64,000 nucleotides of DNA from Lama guanicoe (Eukaryota), in the NCBI GenBank assembly GCA_013239625.1, contig MU054220.1, positions 6,308,626 through 6,372,625 of the forward strand, read 5' to 3'. The position numbers were made by a program, and so were the translations under genes. Shown here piece by piece: positions 10,410 through 23,568 of this stretch. Position 1 is the first letter of the stretch. Each line of letters opens with the position of its first letter. The notes below the pieces were generated by a model that was not told where the DNA came from, searched no databases, and saw nothing but the letters and a program-made list of their open reading frames with translations.

Positions 10410-12614
10410 AGACACAGTACAACCCAGGAAAGCCCTGGCTTCTGCTTGTTCCAACCCTAGTCATCCTGCCAAAGATGCCCTGGCCCAGCCTGGCTCATTC
10501 TGGGACCTCCCCCTTCCCCAGCCTGTGCCCTCTCCAGTCCCAGCTGGCCTGCCAATGCCACCTGGCACACATAGCCTACATAGAGAATGCACCTACACAA
10601 GGCCAGCCCTTCAAGGCCAGGTAATAGTTTCATGTAGTTCATAGAAACAAACACAGAAATCAAACAAAGTGAAGAGTCACAGGAATTTGTTCCAAACAAA
10701 AGAACAAGATAAAATCTGAGGGGGTCGGGGTAGGGGCAAAAAATTACTTCAGGAACAAAGATAAGTTATTTACCTGGTGAAGAGTTCAAAGCAGCAGTTG
10801 TAAAGATGATCACATCTCAGGGAAAGAATGGAGGAATGCAATGTGAATGTCAGAAGAGAATTAGAAAATATAAAAAAAGAACCACTCTGAGCTGAAGAAT
10901 TCAATAACTAAAATGAAAAATACACTACAGAGAATTAATAGCAGATGAGATGGAACAGAACTCATAAGCAGCCTGGAGGACAGAATAGTGGAAATCACCT
11001 ACTCAGAACAGCAAAAATAAAAAGCATTAAAGAAAATGAGGATAGTTTAAGATGCATCTGAGACAACATCAATTATACAGAGGTCTGAGATGGAGAAAGG
11101 AGAGAGGGGCAAAAAAGTTATTTGAAGAAACAGTGGCTAAAAACTTCCCATACCTGGAGAAGGAAATAAATATCCGGGTCCTGCAAGCATGGAGTCCCAA
11201 AGACACTACCAACAACAACAACAACCACCACCACAACAACAAACAGGCCAATAGCCCTAAGTAACAAGATGCAAACATCCTCAACAAGTTATTAGCAAAT
11301 TGAATTTAACACTACATTAGAAGGATCATATGACATGATCTAGTGAGATCTACCCCAAGGACTCAGGGATGTTTCAATATCTGCAGCTCAGTCAACATGA
11401 TACACCACATTAACAAAACGAAGGATATAAATCACAAGATCACCTCAGAAGATAAAGAAAAAGTATTTGACAAACTCTAACATCCACTTACGATAAAAAC
11501 TTTCAACAAAGTGGTTATAGAAGGACTGTATCTCAACATAATAAAAATCATATATGACAAATGCACAGCTAGCATTATCTTCAGTGGTGAAAAGCTGGGA
11601 ACTTTTTCTCTAAAGTCAAGAGCAAGACAGGGATGCTCAATGTCATCATTTTATTCAAAATAGTATTGGAAGTCCTAGCCACAGCAATCAGACAAGAAAA
11701 AGAAATAAAAAACATACAAATTGGAAGAGAAGAAGTAAAACTGTCACTATTTGTCACTATTTGTGATACTATATGTAGAAAACCCTAAGAACTATTTGAA
11801 TGCATAAATGAATTCAGCGAAGTTGCAGAGTAAAAAATTCATGCACAGAAATCTGTTGCATTTCTATACACTAATAACTATCAGAAAGATAAGAAAACAG
11901 TGTCATTTACATTTGCATCAAAAACAATAAAATACCTAGGAATAAATTTAACCAAAGAGGTGAGAGACCTGTACTTTGAAAAGTATAAGACGTTGATGAA
12001 CGAAATTGAAGATGATATAAGTAAATAGAAAGATATACCATGCTTGTGGATCAGAATAATTAGTAACTAAAAGGTCCATACTATCCAAAGAAATCTACAG
12101 ATTCAGTGGAATCCCTATCAAAATGTCCATGTCTTTCATAGAACTAGAACAAACAGTCCTAAAATTTATATGAAACTACAAAAGACTCCAAATAGCCAAT
12201 GCAATCTTGAGAATGAAGAACAAAGCTTCTTGATTTCAAAATGTAATACAATGTTACAGTAATCAAAATGTTTGGTACTGGCACAAAAACAGACAGATCA
12301 ATGGAACAGAGTAAAGAGCCCTGAAATGATGCTTATATGGTCAATTACTCTTTGACATGGGAGGCAAGAATATACAATTGGGAAAAGACAGTCTTTTCAA
12401 TAAATGGTTTTGAGAAAGCTGGACAGCTGTATGTAAAAGAATGAAACTAGAACATCTTCTTACAGCACATACAGAAATTAGCTCAAAATGGATTAAAGAC
12501 ATATGTAAGAGCATGAAACCATAAAACTCCTAGAAGAAAATATAAGTTGTATGCTCTTTGACATTGGTCTTAGCAATATCTATCTATCTATATGTCTGTC
12601 TGTCTGTCTGTCTA

Positions 12615-12655
<41 letters not shown>

Positions 12656-13009
12656 GTCTAAAAAGCCTCTGCACAGTGAAGGGAACCATGAACAAATATT
12701 AAAAAATAGAACAGACTCAGAGAACAAACTCGTGGCAGCCAGAGGGGAGGGTGGTAGGATGATGAGCAAAATAGATGATGGGGATCTAGATGTACAAACC
12801 TCAGTTATAAAATAAATAAGTCACAGAGCTTGTAATGTACCATATAGGGAATATTGTCAGAATACTCTAATAACTTTGTGTGGTGACAGATGTAACTAGA
12901 CTCAAAGTGGTGATCATTTTGTAATATGAGAAAGTACCAAATCAATATGTTTTACGCCTGAAACTAATGTCATATTGTAAGTCAGCTACACTTCAGTAAA
13001 AAAAAGAAA
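10410..13009 (+). mobile_element. Decayed laurasiatherian L1 with partial 5' UTR, ORF1 N-half, ORF2 RT/C-terminal part and 3' UTR, with large internal deletions
   Basis: ORF1-like from about 10670 ('gaatttgttccaaacaaaagaacaagataaa'); RT-like from 11200 ('gatgcaaacatcctcaacaag', 'agcaatcagacaagaaaaagaaataaaa'); 3' UTR and A tail at 12705-13009; many stops and frameshifts. Confidence 0.9.
12579..12659. repeat. Compound (CTAT)n/(CTGT)n tetranucleotide STR
   Basis: Direct reading of tandem units. Confidence 0.95.
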
Positions 13010-14286
13010 TATTCTAATTTTTGAGAAGATTTTTCTTGGTTTCAAAATTAGGTGAGTGAGTAGCTTGTTTGCTGGGTAGGAGGTGCTGTGTTGCCTGTTT
13101 TTCCCCAGAACTCGGTATAGTCAGTTCAACCTCAGAACCATGGGAATTAATGCACTTGTCAGTAGCTGTCATGTATTGAGAGCTTTCTGCATTCCCAGCA
13201 ATGTGCTAGTCATTATTCATAGTTTCACAACAAACTTAGGCTGTTTTAATGAAGGAGGAGGTATTTTGGAAATAGTTTATACAGATTGGTAAAGAATCTC
13301 TCGTCTCTTTGACAGTTAGATTTTTTTTTTTTTTTTGAGAATGAGTTGCTTGAACCACCTATCCATCTCTGGTCCTTTTCTCTCTGAGCCTCTGGAATTT
13401 CCTGTCATCAGGGAGGTTTAGAGCTCCTGGTAGAGGGACTGAGTTTGTGAAACTAAACAGCCGAAGCTTTTCTTCCATCCAGCTGACTCAGGAATGCCAG
13501 GTAGTCTCAGGTTGTTTTCCAGTACAAGTAAGTGGCTCATATGCCTTTTTGTTGATTGGTAAGCAAATTGCACAAGACATTTTAACAGCTTCTTAAAAAG
13601 AGAGACCACTGTGATGCTCATATTTTATACAAATTTCCTCAATTAACCACCATCCACTTTAGGGTAGCAGATAATTCTAATAAAGCACTTTATTTCAATT
13701 TATACGTAACATTTCATTGAAAAGTTTCATGCAAACTAGGCTTTAAAAACGGAATCTTGTTTTCATATGGATTTAATTTTAAGTCCAATTTTTGTCCCCT
13801 TTTCATTTCTAAAAATTATGTTCCTTACAAGTTGATCACCGTATCTTTTTTTCCCCCACCCTCTTTTGTCCAGTAGGGTAACAATCAAGTGTTTGTGGTA
13901 TACAAACAGGAGCATGGACCTTTTCAGTGGAGAAGCCATCCAGTTAAAGATCTCTTTTGGCACACATGGGTGATAATTGGGACATAATCTTGTTTTTCCT
14001 ACAGAAGTCATGTGCCTTTTTTCTTTTCTTTTCTTTTCTTTTGAAGGTGTTAAAATTGATCAGTGGGTTCAGATGGCTCTCAGCCTGGACCACCTTCTAA
14101 AAAGCTCCCACCAGCCATTCACTTAATAGATTTTAGGTGATCATTGTCTGGATCCGTTATTTCTTTAGAAGTTGAAAAATAATGATTCTAATTCTATCAA
14201 TCATTTACCATTGATTAGCTAGTTTTATTCTATAAAAAGGAACTTTCCCAGTAAGAAAAGGCATTTGAGAACTGAAACGGACTGAG

Positions 14287-14303
14287 ATATATATAGATAT
14301 ATT

Positions 14304-14342
<39 letters not shown>

Positions 14343-14374
14343 TCATATATATATATATACACATATATATATAT
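14287..14374. repeat. Compound (TA)n(CA)n(TA)n microsatellite inside a MIR-like remnant
   Basis: Direct reading; MIR core 'aaaaactgag...tgacttgctcaaagccacgc' follows. Confidence 0.9.
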
Positions 14375-14544
14375 CTGCAAATTTTACTAGTAAGAAAAAC
14401 TGAGTGCTGAAATGGTTTCAGAGGCAGTGTGATGACTTGCTCAAAGCCACGCAAATATCTGCCCTCAGGCCAGAACAGGGATCTGGTACATTGCAGAGTA
14501 AGATGCTTATCCTAGATTAGATCAGCCTGCTTCTCCAGCTCTGC

Positions 14545-14692
14545 TGTGTGGAGGGGCCAGGCAGGTACAAAATGAGTGAGTCAGGGCTATATGATATAGT
14601 GGGTGTAAAGAAGCTCATGGCCAAAGCATGTCTTTTGTAAAAGCATTTAAGTTCTCAAACTTTAAAACACTGTACTGGGCAAAAATACACAC
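14545..14692. mobile_element. hAT MITE remnant (MER102-like)
   Basis: 'gggccaggcaggtacaaaatgagtgag' and 'ttaaaacactgtactgggcaaaaatacac'. Confidence 0.45.
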
Positions 14693-15099
14693 TATTGATT
14701 AAATATTCTGAGTACATGTAAAGACTGTTTTCTCAGATAGTGTAAATGCACGTATCTCTCCTTATTAGGACGATAGAGAAATAACCCAAGGATTGATGAT
14801 AGAGTCACATATAAAGGTAGCAGTGTGGTCCAGTAAGACAGTCACCATGTAAGGGAATAATCAGCTTATTTTTTTCCCTTCAGTTTCTAAAGCTACTAAA
14901 GGACACAGCCATATCTACCAAAATCAACTTTCATAACTTGTGTATTATAAACATTATGAGAAAGATATTAACCACACAGACCATAAGGAAAATGGGACGA
15001 TCTTGAATTGCTTTCCCTCTTCATGGCTACTATTCTGGAGTGCTTTTTTTCTTGGTGTAGAATCCCTCAACTTCAGCATTCTATTCACACCCATATTAT

Positions 15100-15340
15100 A
15101 GCCCAGTAGTTAAACATTTAGACTGAAATTAAACAGACCTGTCGCCACTTAGCTATTCAAACTTGGGAAATTAATTTAACAACTCTAAGTCTCCACTTCT
15201 TCAGTTGCAAAAGGGAATCCTGATAACAAATGCCTCATAATGTTATTTTAGGGATTAAATGAGAGCATTTCAAGAGAATTAAATGAAATAATGCACGTAA
15301 AGGCCTTAGCATTTTGCCTATCCCAAAGTAAGCCCACCAC
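15100..15340 (+). mobile_element. MIR SINE
   Basis: 'cttgggaaattaatttaac...ggattaaatgag...gtaaaggccttagca'. Confidence 0.7.
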
Positions 15341-15812
15341 ACACATTTCCTATCTTATGTATCATTTCTTTATGGATGAACTTTTCCAAGAGGTGAATAG
15401 TTTGTTACTTGGTCAGGTTTATGTTTTGCAGTTATCTGACAAGTGTAAAACACATTTTAATTGGTAGAGATATTTTGTTAACTTCAAAAAAATGTAATGA
15501 TTCAGCAGTTTCATTAACTGGAAAAGCAGTGTAAATTTCCCACAGTGCACAGAGGTTGCCCCCAAATGTCTCCTAGGAAGTAAGTGCTGATGGAGGAGCA
15601 GGGATCTGTGGCCAAAGAGAGGGCTGGAGCGTGTGCAGTACTTGCTCAGATCCTGAACCAGGTGTTCACCCAGTTGTTGTCGGTTGCCTGATAGGATGCT
15701 CCACTGCCTTTAGTTTTACTCAACTCACCTGTGCTCATAAGGCTGTTAGGCTACTGGAGAAAGCTTCAGAGACCATTGAAATTCAGTTAGGCTGATGAGT
15801 GTGAGTGTGAAT

Positions 15813-15813
<1 letters not shown>

Positions 15814-15857
<44 letters not shown>
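15814..15857. repeat. (CA)22 microsatellite
   Basis: Perfect CA run. Confidence 0.95.
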
Positions 15858-15858
<1 letters not shown>

Positions 15859-16394
15859 CTAACATTTGCTAATTGATTTATATTAGGAAAGCACTGCTGT
15901 CTAAAAATACCTTTACCGTACTGTGATTGTAGAATTGTTCTCTTCTCTTCTCTAAACACTCTTTCTTTATTACAATTTTTTTTACATGCCACACAAATTA
16001 ATATTTGAAGTTACCAATCATTCACGGAGTATAGATTAATTAGGATGCTTTATCTCAGATTTCTCAACTTTAATATTTATGGTAAAGATGAGGAATGTTG
16101 CATTAAATACTTTTAAATCTAGGTACTACCGTACCAAACGCCTGAGTTATCTTCTTTAATTAGGAGAGAATGTGTGTGTGTTTGGGTGCGTGTGTGTGTG
16201 TGTGGTAAAGCTTGGGGAGTGAGAAAGAGAAATACTTCGTGGTTTGTTAGAAGATGCACTTTTTAAGTCCTAGCAACACCAAGTAACCTGTAATGCTGGA
16301 CTCTTCCAGCTTGAGAGAAGCATCGCTCGGAGGTAGATCCAGTGTGGAGTGAGAGGAAGGACACAAACTTCCTTCAAATTGTAAATTCCCTAAG

Positions 16395-16733
16395 TGTAGG
16401 GCCTTGTCAGGCTGCTATAACAAAATGCCATAGATTAGGTGGCTTATAAGTAGCAGAAATGTATTTCTTACAGTTCTGGAGGCTGGAGGCCCAAGATGAA
16501 GGCGTCTGCAAGATTCTGTGTCACGTGAGATCCTAATTCCTCACAGTCATCTTCTCCTGGCGGTAACCCCTCGTAGCAAGAGGGAGAGGAACTTTGCAAA
16601 GGCACTAATCCCACCTATGAGGGCTCCGTCCTCATGACCTAAGCATGTCCCAAAGGCCGCCCTCCTAAAACCATCACATTGGACATTAGCTTTCAACATA
16701 TGACTTTTGTAGGGACTCATTCAGCGTATAGCA
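16395..16733 (-). mobile_element. MaLR solo LTR, MLT1A-like
   Basis: 'caggctgctataacaaaatgccatagattaggtggctta...cagttctggaggctgg...gcactaatcccacctatgagggctcc...tatagca'. Confidence 0.88.
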
Positions 16734-17114
16734 GGCCTCTATTTTATTTCTCTTTAACACTTGTCTTCATACTTAGCACATACACAATCCCAAAGCAATG
16801 TTTGAGGAGATTAATTGAAAATAAACTTTGTATGTATTTTCTAGGATTGAACCAGGAGAGAAAAAGACCAAAATCAAATGACTCAAGGGACAAAAATGCT
16901 ACCCTTTCTAGATAAGGAATTTTTTTCCATGTTAGAATTCACATCTGTCATTACATTTCCCCCCGACTCTGATTTGTATCCAAAAATGTAACTTTTCCAC
17001 TTTTTTGCTTTGGTATTTATGCCATCAAAGTCTTTATAGACTAGTTAGTTTGTCCTCACTTAGACGAACAATACTTACGTAGCTTAAATTTTGCCTCCAA
17101 GTCTGTCTGTCTGC

Positions 17115-17250
17115 CTCCGTCATCATTTTTTGCTCTTCCTCTCTGGACTGTGTCCAGCTTCACTACATCAAGTCATTGTTAAAAGCTGCCAAAATGGAGC
17201 TTAGGGTTCCTGAGCTGGGGCAGCTGTCCTATGAAGGAGAGGCAGCATTT
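17115..17250 (-). mobile_element. L3/CR1 fragment
   Basis: 'atcattttttgctcttcctctctggactgtgtccagctt'. Confidence 0.4.
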
Positions 17251-17289
17251 CTGTTTGCATCTGTGAAGCAGTGCTTAGAACATTGTGTG

Positions 17290-17420
17290 CTTAGTTTTCC
17301 TTTTGTATTTACATATTTATCTCGCTAGACTGAGAGCTCTTTCAGGGAAGGATCAAGATTCATTTTTACATTCTCAGTCTTGCAGTGCTTGGAGCACAAT
17401 TAAATGCTAAATAAATACAA
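17290..17420 (+). mobile_element. L2 3' end
   Basis: 'ctagactgagagctctttcagggaagg...gcagtgcttgg...aataaata'. Confidence 0.6.
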
Positions 17421-20084
17421 AGGGGATAACAGTGATAGAAAACATCACTGCCTCTCCCACACTCTGTCCCCTGCTACTATAATATAAGTGGTTTGATTTG
17501 GTCCTGAATGACAGGGATTTTTCCTTTTCCTTGTTTCTGTCCTTGCCTATGATTTAAAATAGATCAAAACTAGGGCATGTGATGACATAAAATATCCCTC
17601 TAGGGTAAGGTGACTTCTCTTTTATATCCTCTAATTCTGTCTCCTTTCCTATCACAAACTTCAATTATTTAGATGGCACTTGGTTTGCATATGGTTCTTG
17701 TTCACTTTTACTTTTCCAATAGCCTAGAAGAGCCTGGAGAAATTGATAACAGAAGCTAGGAAGATGTAATAGTAATAATTGGTTTATATTTTTATACCCT
17801 GTTATTTTGTATTCTTTGGTTGTTTTCTGCTGTGACACAGAGAACAATCTTTCTGGACAATGTTTAAACAAGAAAATTAAATAAGAATATTCATTCTAGT
17901 TATTTGTGCATGTTATTATCGTTATTTTGTAAATATACCACATATAGAGACTATGCATTCTGAAATTTTCATCAGGACTTCCAAAAGCAATGACAGAATC
18001 TTTTCAATGATACCTTTCTGGATTTGGACCCCTGAAAGCATTTCACGTATGTTTATTCAATTCTGAATTGATTTTGTTTGAAAAGATCATGAATTTTCCC
18101 AAAGATCTCCAATCAGTTATTTAACTTATCATTTAATATTTTAAGTGACAATGAAGCAAATATTGCTGGACCATATTATTGCTGAAGATACTGAGACACT
18201 GGAGATTTAAATATTACATGGTAAAATGGTGGTTGTAAGCCAGTTCAGTCTAAGGAAGTGTAATATGTTTTCTATATTTTCTGAATGCTTATTCAGCAGT
18301 GACAGTATTAGACATCCTCCTAGTATTTCAAATAATAGTGAACTGGGAAGTTTATATTTCTTTCCTTATATAATGGCTACTTACTTAGATGTCACACTGC
18401 TTGAATGTTTTCTGCTTCTCATTAGTGGTCTGAAACATTCTAGGAATCCGTATTTAATTTAAGTGTGAACAGCACATGCATTTTTCTCTGTAGTACAGTT
18501 CTCCAGCTGGTATCTGGACCACGAAAATAGCTATCATCACTGCTGTTAAAAGCACACCCTTGTCACTGTGGTGACGTGGGTCCTGATTTAGTTTCAAGGG
18601 AGTCGTGGAAAGGAGAAATATGCATATAGAAATGACAGCATAATGTTCCTTTGAGCTCCTTATCCATATCTCTTATGTTATCAGAGACACCTCCCATGCT
18701 GCCTGGACTGTTTGGAGAGACTCGAGCCATCTCTATCAAATCGATAATTAATCGCATGTGAAAGGTACTTGGTTTAGGCGACAGCTGTTAGAAAGCAACC
18801 ATGACCTTTTTAGATCTCCACTCCGTTTAGTACAATTAATAAGAAGCTCTTGCACTTTTTGCTTGGGGAGATTTGGGGTCTTGTTCTGAAAGGAATGGAA
18901 GATGATGAGATGCCGGGGATTGAGAGAAAGGTTGGTATCAATCAATTAGCAGCCTGAGAGAATGACAGGGGTGGGTTCCCTTTAACTTTTTAGTTGGCAG
19001 ATATTGAAACAAATGACTGTACCACTGTTGGCGTCACCAAAATACGTCTTCTGATACCTCTGGCAATTTACCTCTCGACTGTGTTCTGTTTATCATTTTC
19101 AGTCTCCATCAGAGATCTTTTCTTTCTGTTGCAAGGTTGTTGCCAAAGTGTGTATGTGTATGATGTGATTGTGTCCACCCATGTGTGTGTGTGTATGTGT
19201 GGTTTTTGCTTTTTTAAAATGACAAGTTCCACAATAGGGACAGAGCATGAATGCTTCTAATTTCTCTCTTGAACGTCTCAATTTAATGTGAACTGAATAG
19301 ATGATGAAGAGGGTAAGAATGCAATCAGCAGTGAGTGACAGCGATGCTGTTCTCAAAGGAGGGGAGCAGGGGAGAAGACAAAAATCAACCCTAGTGCTAT
19401 GTGTTAATTTCCATGTTGTCGAAATACAATAATATGCCCTGGCAACAGCGCCCTCAGGAAAGAGCCACGTTTTGGTCGGCATCTCAAGCTGGCCAATTTG
19501 GTCTTAATCAGTTGTTTGCCACTGCTTGGCACGACAGCTTGCATAGTTATTATACATTTGTTTCCTTTTGTGGGGACTTATCGTGGTGCCCTTGCTGCTG
19601 TAACAGGACACCTGAATTTCATAAAAGGAGATATTTTTTGTCCTGTGAGTGTAGTGTGGTTATAGAATGTGGCATTGCCACTTGAAAATAAACATATATA
19701 CATCATATATACATGTATATAAACCTACTGGTATTTGAACTCAGCAGCCCCAGTTTCCCTTTCTTCCTCTGCCTCCTTTGTTAGGTTTCTGCCCTAGGCT
19801 CAGATGATTGAGAAGAATAAGCATAGGCACAGTGTTTAATTTTTCCTCATCTCCTGTCTTTAACTTGTGAAACATGGCTGAACTAAATTTAGGATACACT
19901 CAAATAATTTTCCATGTACTTAATTTGCATGAAATGGTTTTTTTGCAATATTTAGATAGATTAAGCTTTTTTCAGTCTAGCCTTCAAGACCCTCAACTGC
20001 CTGGCTTCAGTAGACTTTCTAATCAAATTCTTCAGTGCTTCCCTTCAGATGACCAGGTAGACTATCCCTATTCCTTATTACCTA

Positions 20085-20260
20085 GGTGAAAAGACTTTGA
20101 TGTCAGTGTTTTGAGTTTGAACATGTATTAACTTTATGACTTCAGGTAAGTTACCTATTTTAAATTTTTTGCGCCCTAGATTCTTCATCTTTGAAATGGT
20201 TAATAATACTTCTAACATAGTGTTGCTGTAAAAACGAAATAAAGTATCATGCTTCAGATA
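20085..20260 (+). mobile_element. MIR SINE
   Basis: 'tgacttcaggtaagttacct...ttcttcatctttgaaatgg'. Confidence 0.6.
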
Positions 20261-20949
20261 CATAGCTTGCTATCAGTCTTACGATATTTGGCCAGTGGAC
20301 CACCAGCCAAGTCTTATCTTTCCCTTCTGAGCTTTTATTCTTGCTATTTACTCTTTCTGGAGTCATTCTGCTCCATTTTGTATTTCTAAATCCTACTATC
20401 ATCTCCACCTGCTATAGGGAGCATAGTGTTTCTTATCCTTTGATTTCTTAAAATACATTGATGACTGTCTCTTTTGCTACAAGTAGAGTTTTTAAATGTA
20501 TTTACTTAGATTAGAAGTTCACTAAAGGCAAAGAACATACCTTACACATTTCTGTATCCTTTCTAGCCATAACACGTCAGTGCTGAGCAGACGTTCAGTA
20601 AGTGTTTGCTGAAAGGAACGCTTTTATTGTCAGATGTAACAGACATTGACTTATAGATGTGTGCATTCAGATGGATTCTGATCAACCACACACATTGAAA
20701 TCCTTAATGTGTAATTGATTCTGAATTCTCATATTCTGTCCCCAGAAGCTTCCCATTTGTTGGGTGGGGGATTGACTGCCATTTAGTAGATAATATTTAA
20801 GCATGGCTTTACATGGTGTGCAAGGTTCTCATCCTTGCTTGAAGAAGATGACCAAAGGGATGCATCATTTCATGGGTGAATGGGATGAATTGTCTGCTTT
20901 GAAGTTTGGTTAGTTCTCCTTTCTCTTTTTATCCCGTAGGTCTTGTTGA

Positions 20950-21120
20950 CCATACTTTCATTACATTGCCTTGCAATGTTTTTGAGTCTCTGTCTGTCTC
21001 ACTAGATTTTTCAGGACAAAGGCCATGACGCTCCCATTTATGTATCTTTGATATGGTGCCTAATACATAGCAAGTTCTCAGTAAGCTCTGTTGGATGATT
21101 GGGTGAATGAATAAATGAAG
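20950..21120 (+). mobile_element. L2 3' end
   Basis: 'tggtgcctaatacatagcaagttctcagtaa...tgaatgaataaatgaa'. Confidence 0.65.
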
Positions 21121-21225
21121 CAGTTCTGGTAACACAGAGAAGGTCTCATAATATAAGTAACGTGAAGTGGATTAGAGAAAGCAGTGACATTGCTAGAGAA
21201 AAATGAGATGGATCAAACAGGCTAT

Positions 21226-21458
21226 ATTTTCTTCTTCCAGTTTTATTGAGGTATAGTTGAGAAACAGCACTGCATAAGTTTAAGGTGTACAGCATAGTGA
21301 TTTGATTTACATACATCATAAAGTGATTATCACAGTAAGTTTAGTGAATATCCACCATCTCATATAGATACAAAATTAAATAGAAAAACTTTTCTTTTGA
21401 TGAGATCCCTCAGGGTTTGTGCTCTTAACAACTTGCATATATGACATACTTCAGTGTA
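21226..21458 (-). mobile_element. L1 3' end (L1MA9-like)
   Basis: 'ttttattgaggtatagttga...gtttaaggtgtacagcat...ctcttaacaactt'. Confidence 0.8.
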
Positions 21459-21714
21459 AATTCTATTTAGCATTTGGAACTTTACAAATGGGTTTGATTT
21501 CAACCAGAAATGTAGTGACTCCAAAAGTCTTGCATGACACACATGAAAATCATTCAAGAAATATTTGTTGACAAACCAAGGAAAGAGGGATGTAAATAAA
21601 TGAACAAATAAGTTAAGTAACCTGTCTAAAACTGCATAGCAAGTCAAAGCCTATGTAATGTTTCAAAACCGGTGATCTCCCCAATCAAACATTATTCATT
21701 TCTCCCTCCTCACT

Positions 21715-21900
21715 GTTTCCATAGTCCTTCACATATCCAGTGATTATCTTGTTGCGTTGCTACTATTTGCTCATTTTTGTGTATCTCCCCAACTAGACCG
21801 GGAACTCTGTGAGAGCTAGAACCTTGCTTCAGTCGTCCCTGTAGACCCAATGTGCAGAAGAGTAAATGGCACCAGATAGGCGCTGGATAAATGGTTAACA
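21715..21900 (+). mobile_element. L2 3' end
   Basis: 'tctccccaactagaccgggaactctgtgag...tggcaccagataggcgct'. Confidence 0.6.
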
Positions 21901-21919
21901 AGCAGAAACTTCCTCCTTT

Positions 21920-22102
21920 TACTTGTCAGAGAACTGTCCTGCAATGATGGTTATAGCCTATAATATACAGAAGCCACCAGCCACCTGTAGCTACAGAGCA
22001 TTTGAAATGTGACTAGTGTGAATGAGGAACTGAATTGTGAATGTTGTTTGATTTTAATTTAAGAAGCTGTGGGTGGCGTTTGGCTACCTTACTAAAAGCA
22101 TG
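21920..22102. mobile_element. MER3 hAT-Charlie MITE
   Basis: 'agccaccagccacctgtagcta..gagcatttgaaatgtgactagtgtgaatgaggaactgaatt'. Confidence 0.75.
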
Positions 22103-23532
22103 CTCTTATACAATACTTATATTTTTGCTGCATCAGATTGTCTTCACAAAGATACTAAATTTCCCTTTTATTACCAAATCATCAATATGCAGCAGAACTT
22201 GCCCCACTTCTTTTAAACCATTTCTGCCTTTGTCACATCACAGTATTTGACTTTTTTCCTTATTCCCAGGATGGTGCCCAACTGTCTCGATCTCCGAAGT
22301 ATTTCTTTATTCTGATAGTGACCTTGTTAGAAGAAGTGGTTTTCATAATTGCCTCCTTTTTCTTTTCCTTCCTTTTATGTTTTCCTGGAATCTTGTTTTC
22401 CTGCTCATATCCATAGAATTTCCAACAATCCTATGTCTGAAGTTGGGAATAAAGGCTCAGGAAGATGACCAAAAATAATTGTCCTCAAACACTGTGTTAC
22501 TGATTAGACCAAGAATAATGAAAACGGTGCAAACTGTTTAGATTCATCAGAGGGGAGAGGAAAAGTATTGTGAGTATTTGTATCAGACAGTTAACAAATG
22601 AGTATTTCCTAAATATCAGGCACGGAGACGAGCACACGGAGTACACTTTTAAATTTAACACTTACATCATCTTTTCATGAGATTTATTCCTACCAGCATT
22701 TTACCTTTACTGAAACTAACGCCCAGCATCAGTCTCAGAGTACACATGGCTGTCCAAAGATTTGAACCAGTGTCTGCCTGCCCCATCTCTTAAACTATGG
22801 ATTTTTGTAATCCTTGCTTGAGGCTTTCTTCATCATTGACATCATGTGTGCAGTCAATACTGGTTTCTTCTTCATTTCCTCCCTCTTTTCCAGAATTTTA
22901 CTTTGCAGTTAAGTTTGTAAGTTCTAGTGCTCTGTTCTCCTTCCAGACCATTTCTGAATCAAATCTTTACTGTTTGTGAGCAAAAACTCGTCCTTTTCTC
23001 TTTCGGTAGCACAGTTTAACTCCATTAAAAAGGAACATTGTTATTCTGTGCAGTGTGCATCAAATAACAAATCATTGGTTGATGCAAAAAATTAGTCATT
23101 AAGAATCAGCCATCTGCTTCTCTAACCTCTTTAAAGTGCCATATCAAATTGGCAGATACCAGTGAATTTTTAAGGAAAAAATCCTTCGTGTGAAAAAGTG
23201 ACATTAAAGGTTTATGTCCTCTTCTTGTGGCCCAATAAACAATATTAATGGCAAAGCATGCAAAGGATTAATAGGTGCTGCGTGCAAGAGGCTCAGTTAT
23301 AGCAATCCTGAGGCATTCTGCAGGCTAAAATATGAGCCCGACCGTACCTCTGCAGGCATAAATTATTTGGTTTTTCTTCTCCTTGAAGGAGAGCCTGTCA
23401 TTCTAAAGGCAATTTTTCTCTTTGATCCTTTGTACTGTAATTTCATATACTCCTTGCAATGCACCCTCCCACGTAGAGTATGTTCTTCTCCCAACCTTTA
23501 GTCTTATAAACCATTTCTTCCCACCAGCCAGT

Positions 23533-23534
<2 letters not shown>

Positions 23535-23564
<30 letters not shown>
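23535..23564. repeat. (CA)15 microsatellite
   Basis: Perfect CA run. Confidence 0.95.
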
Positions 23565-23568
<4 letters not shown>

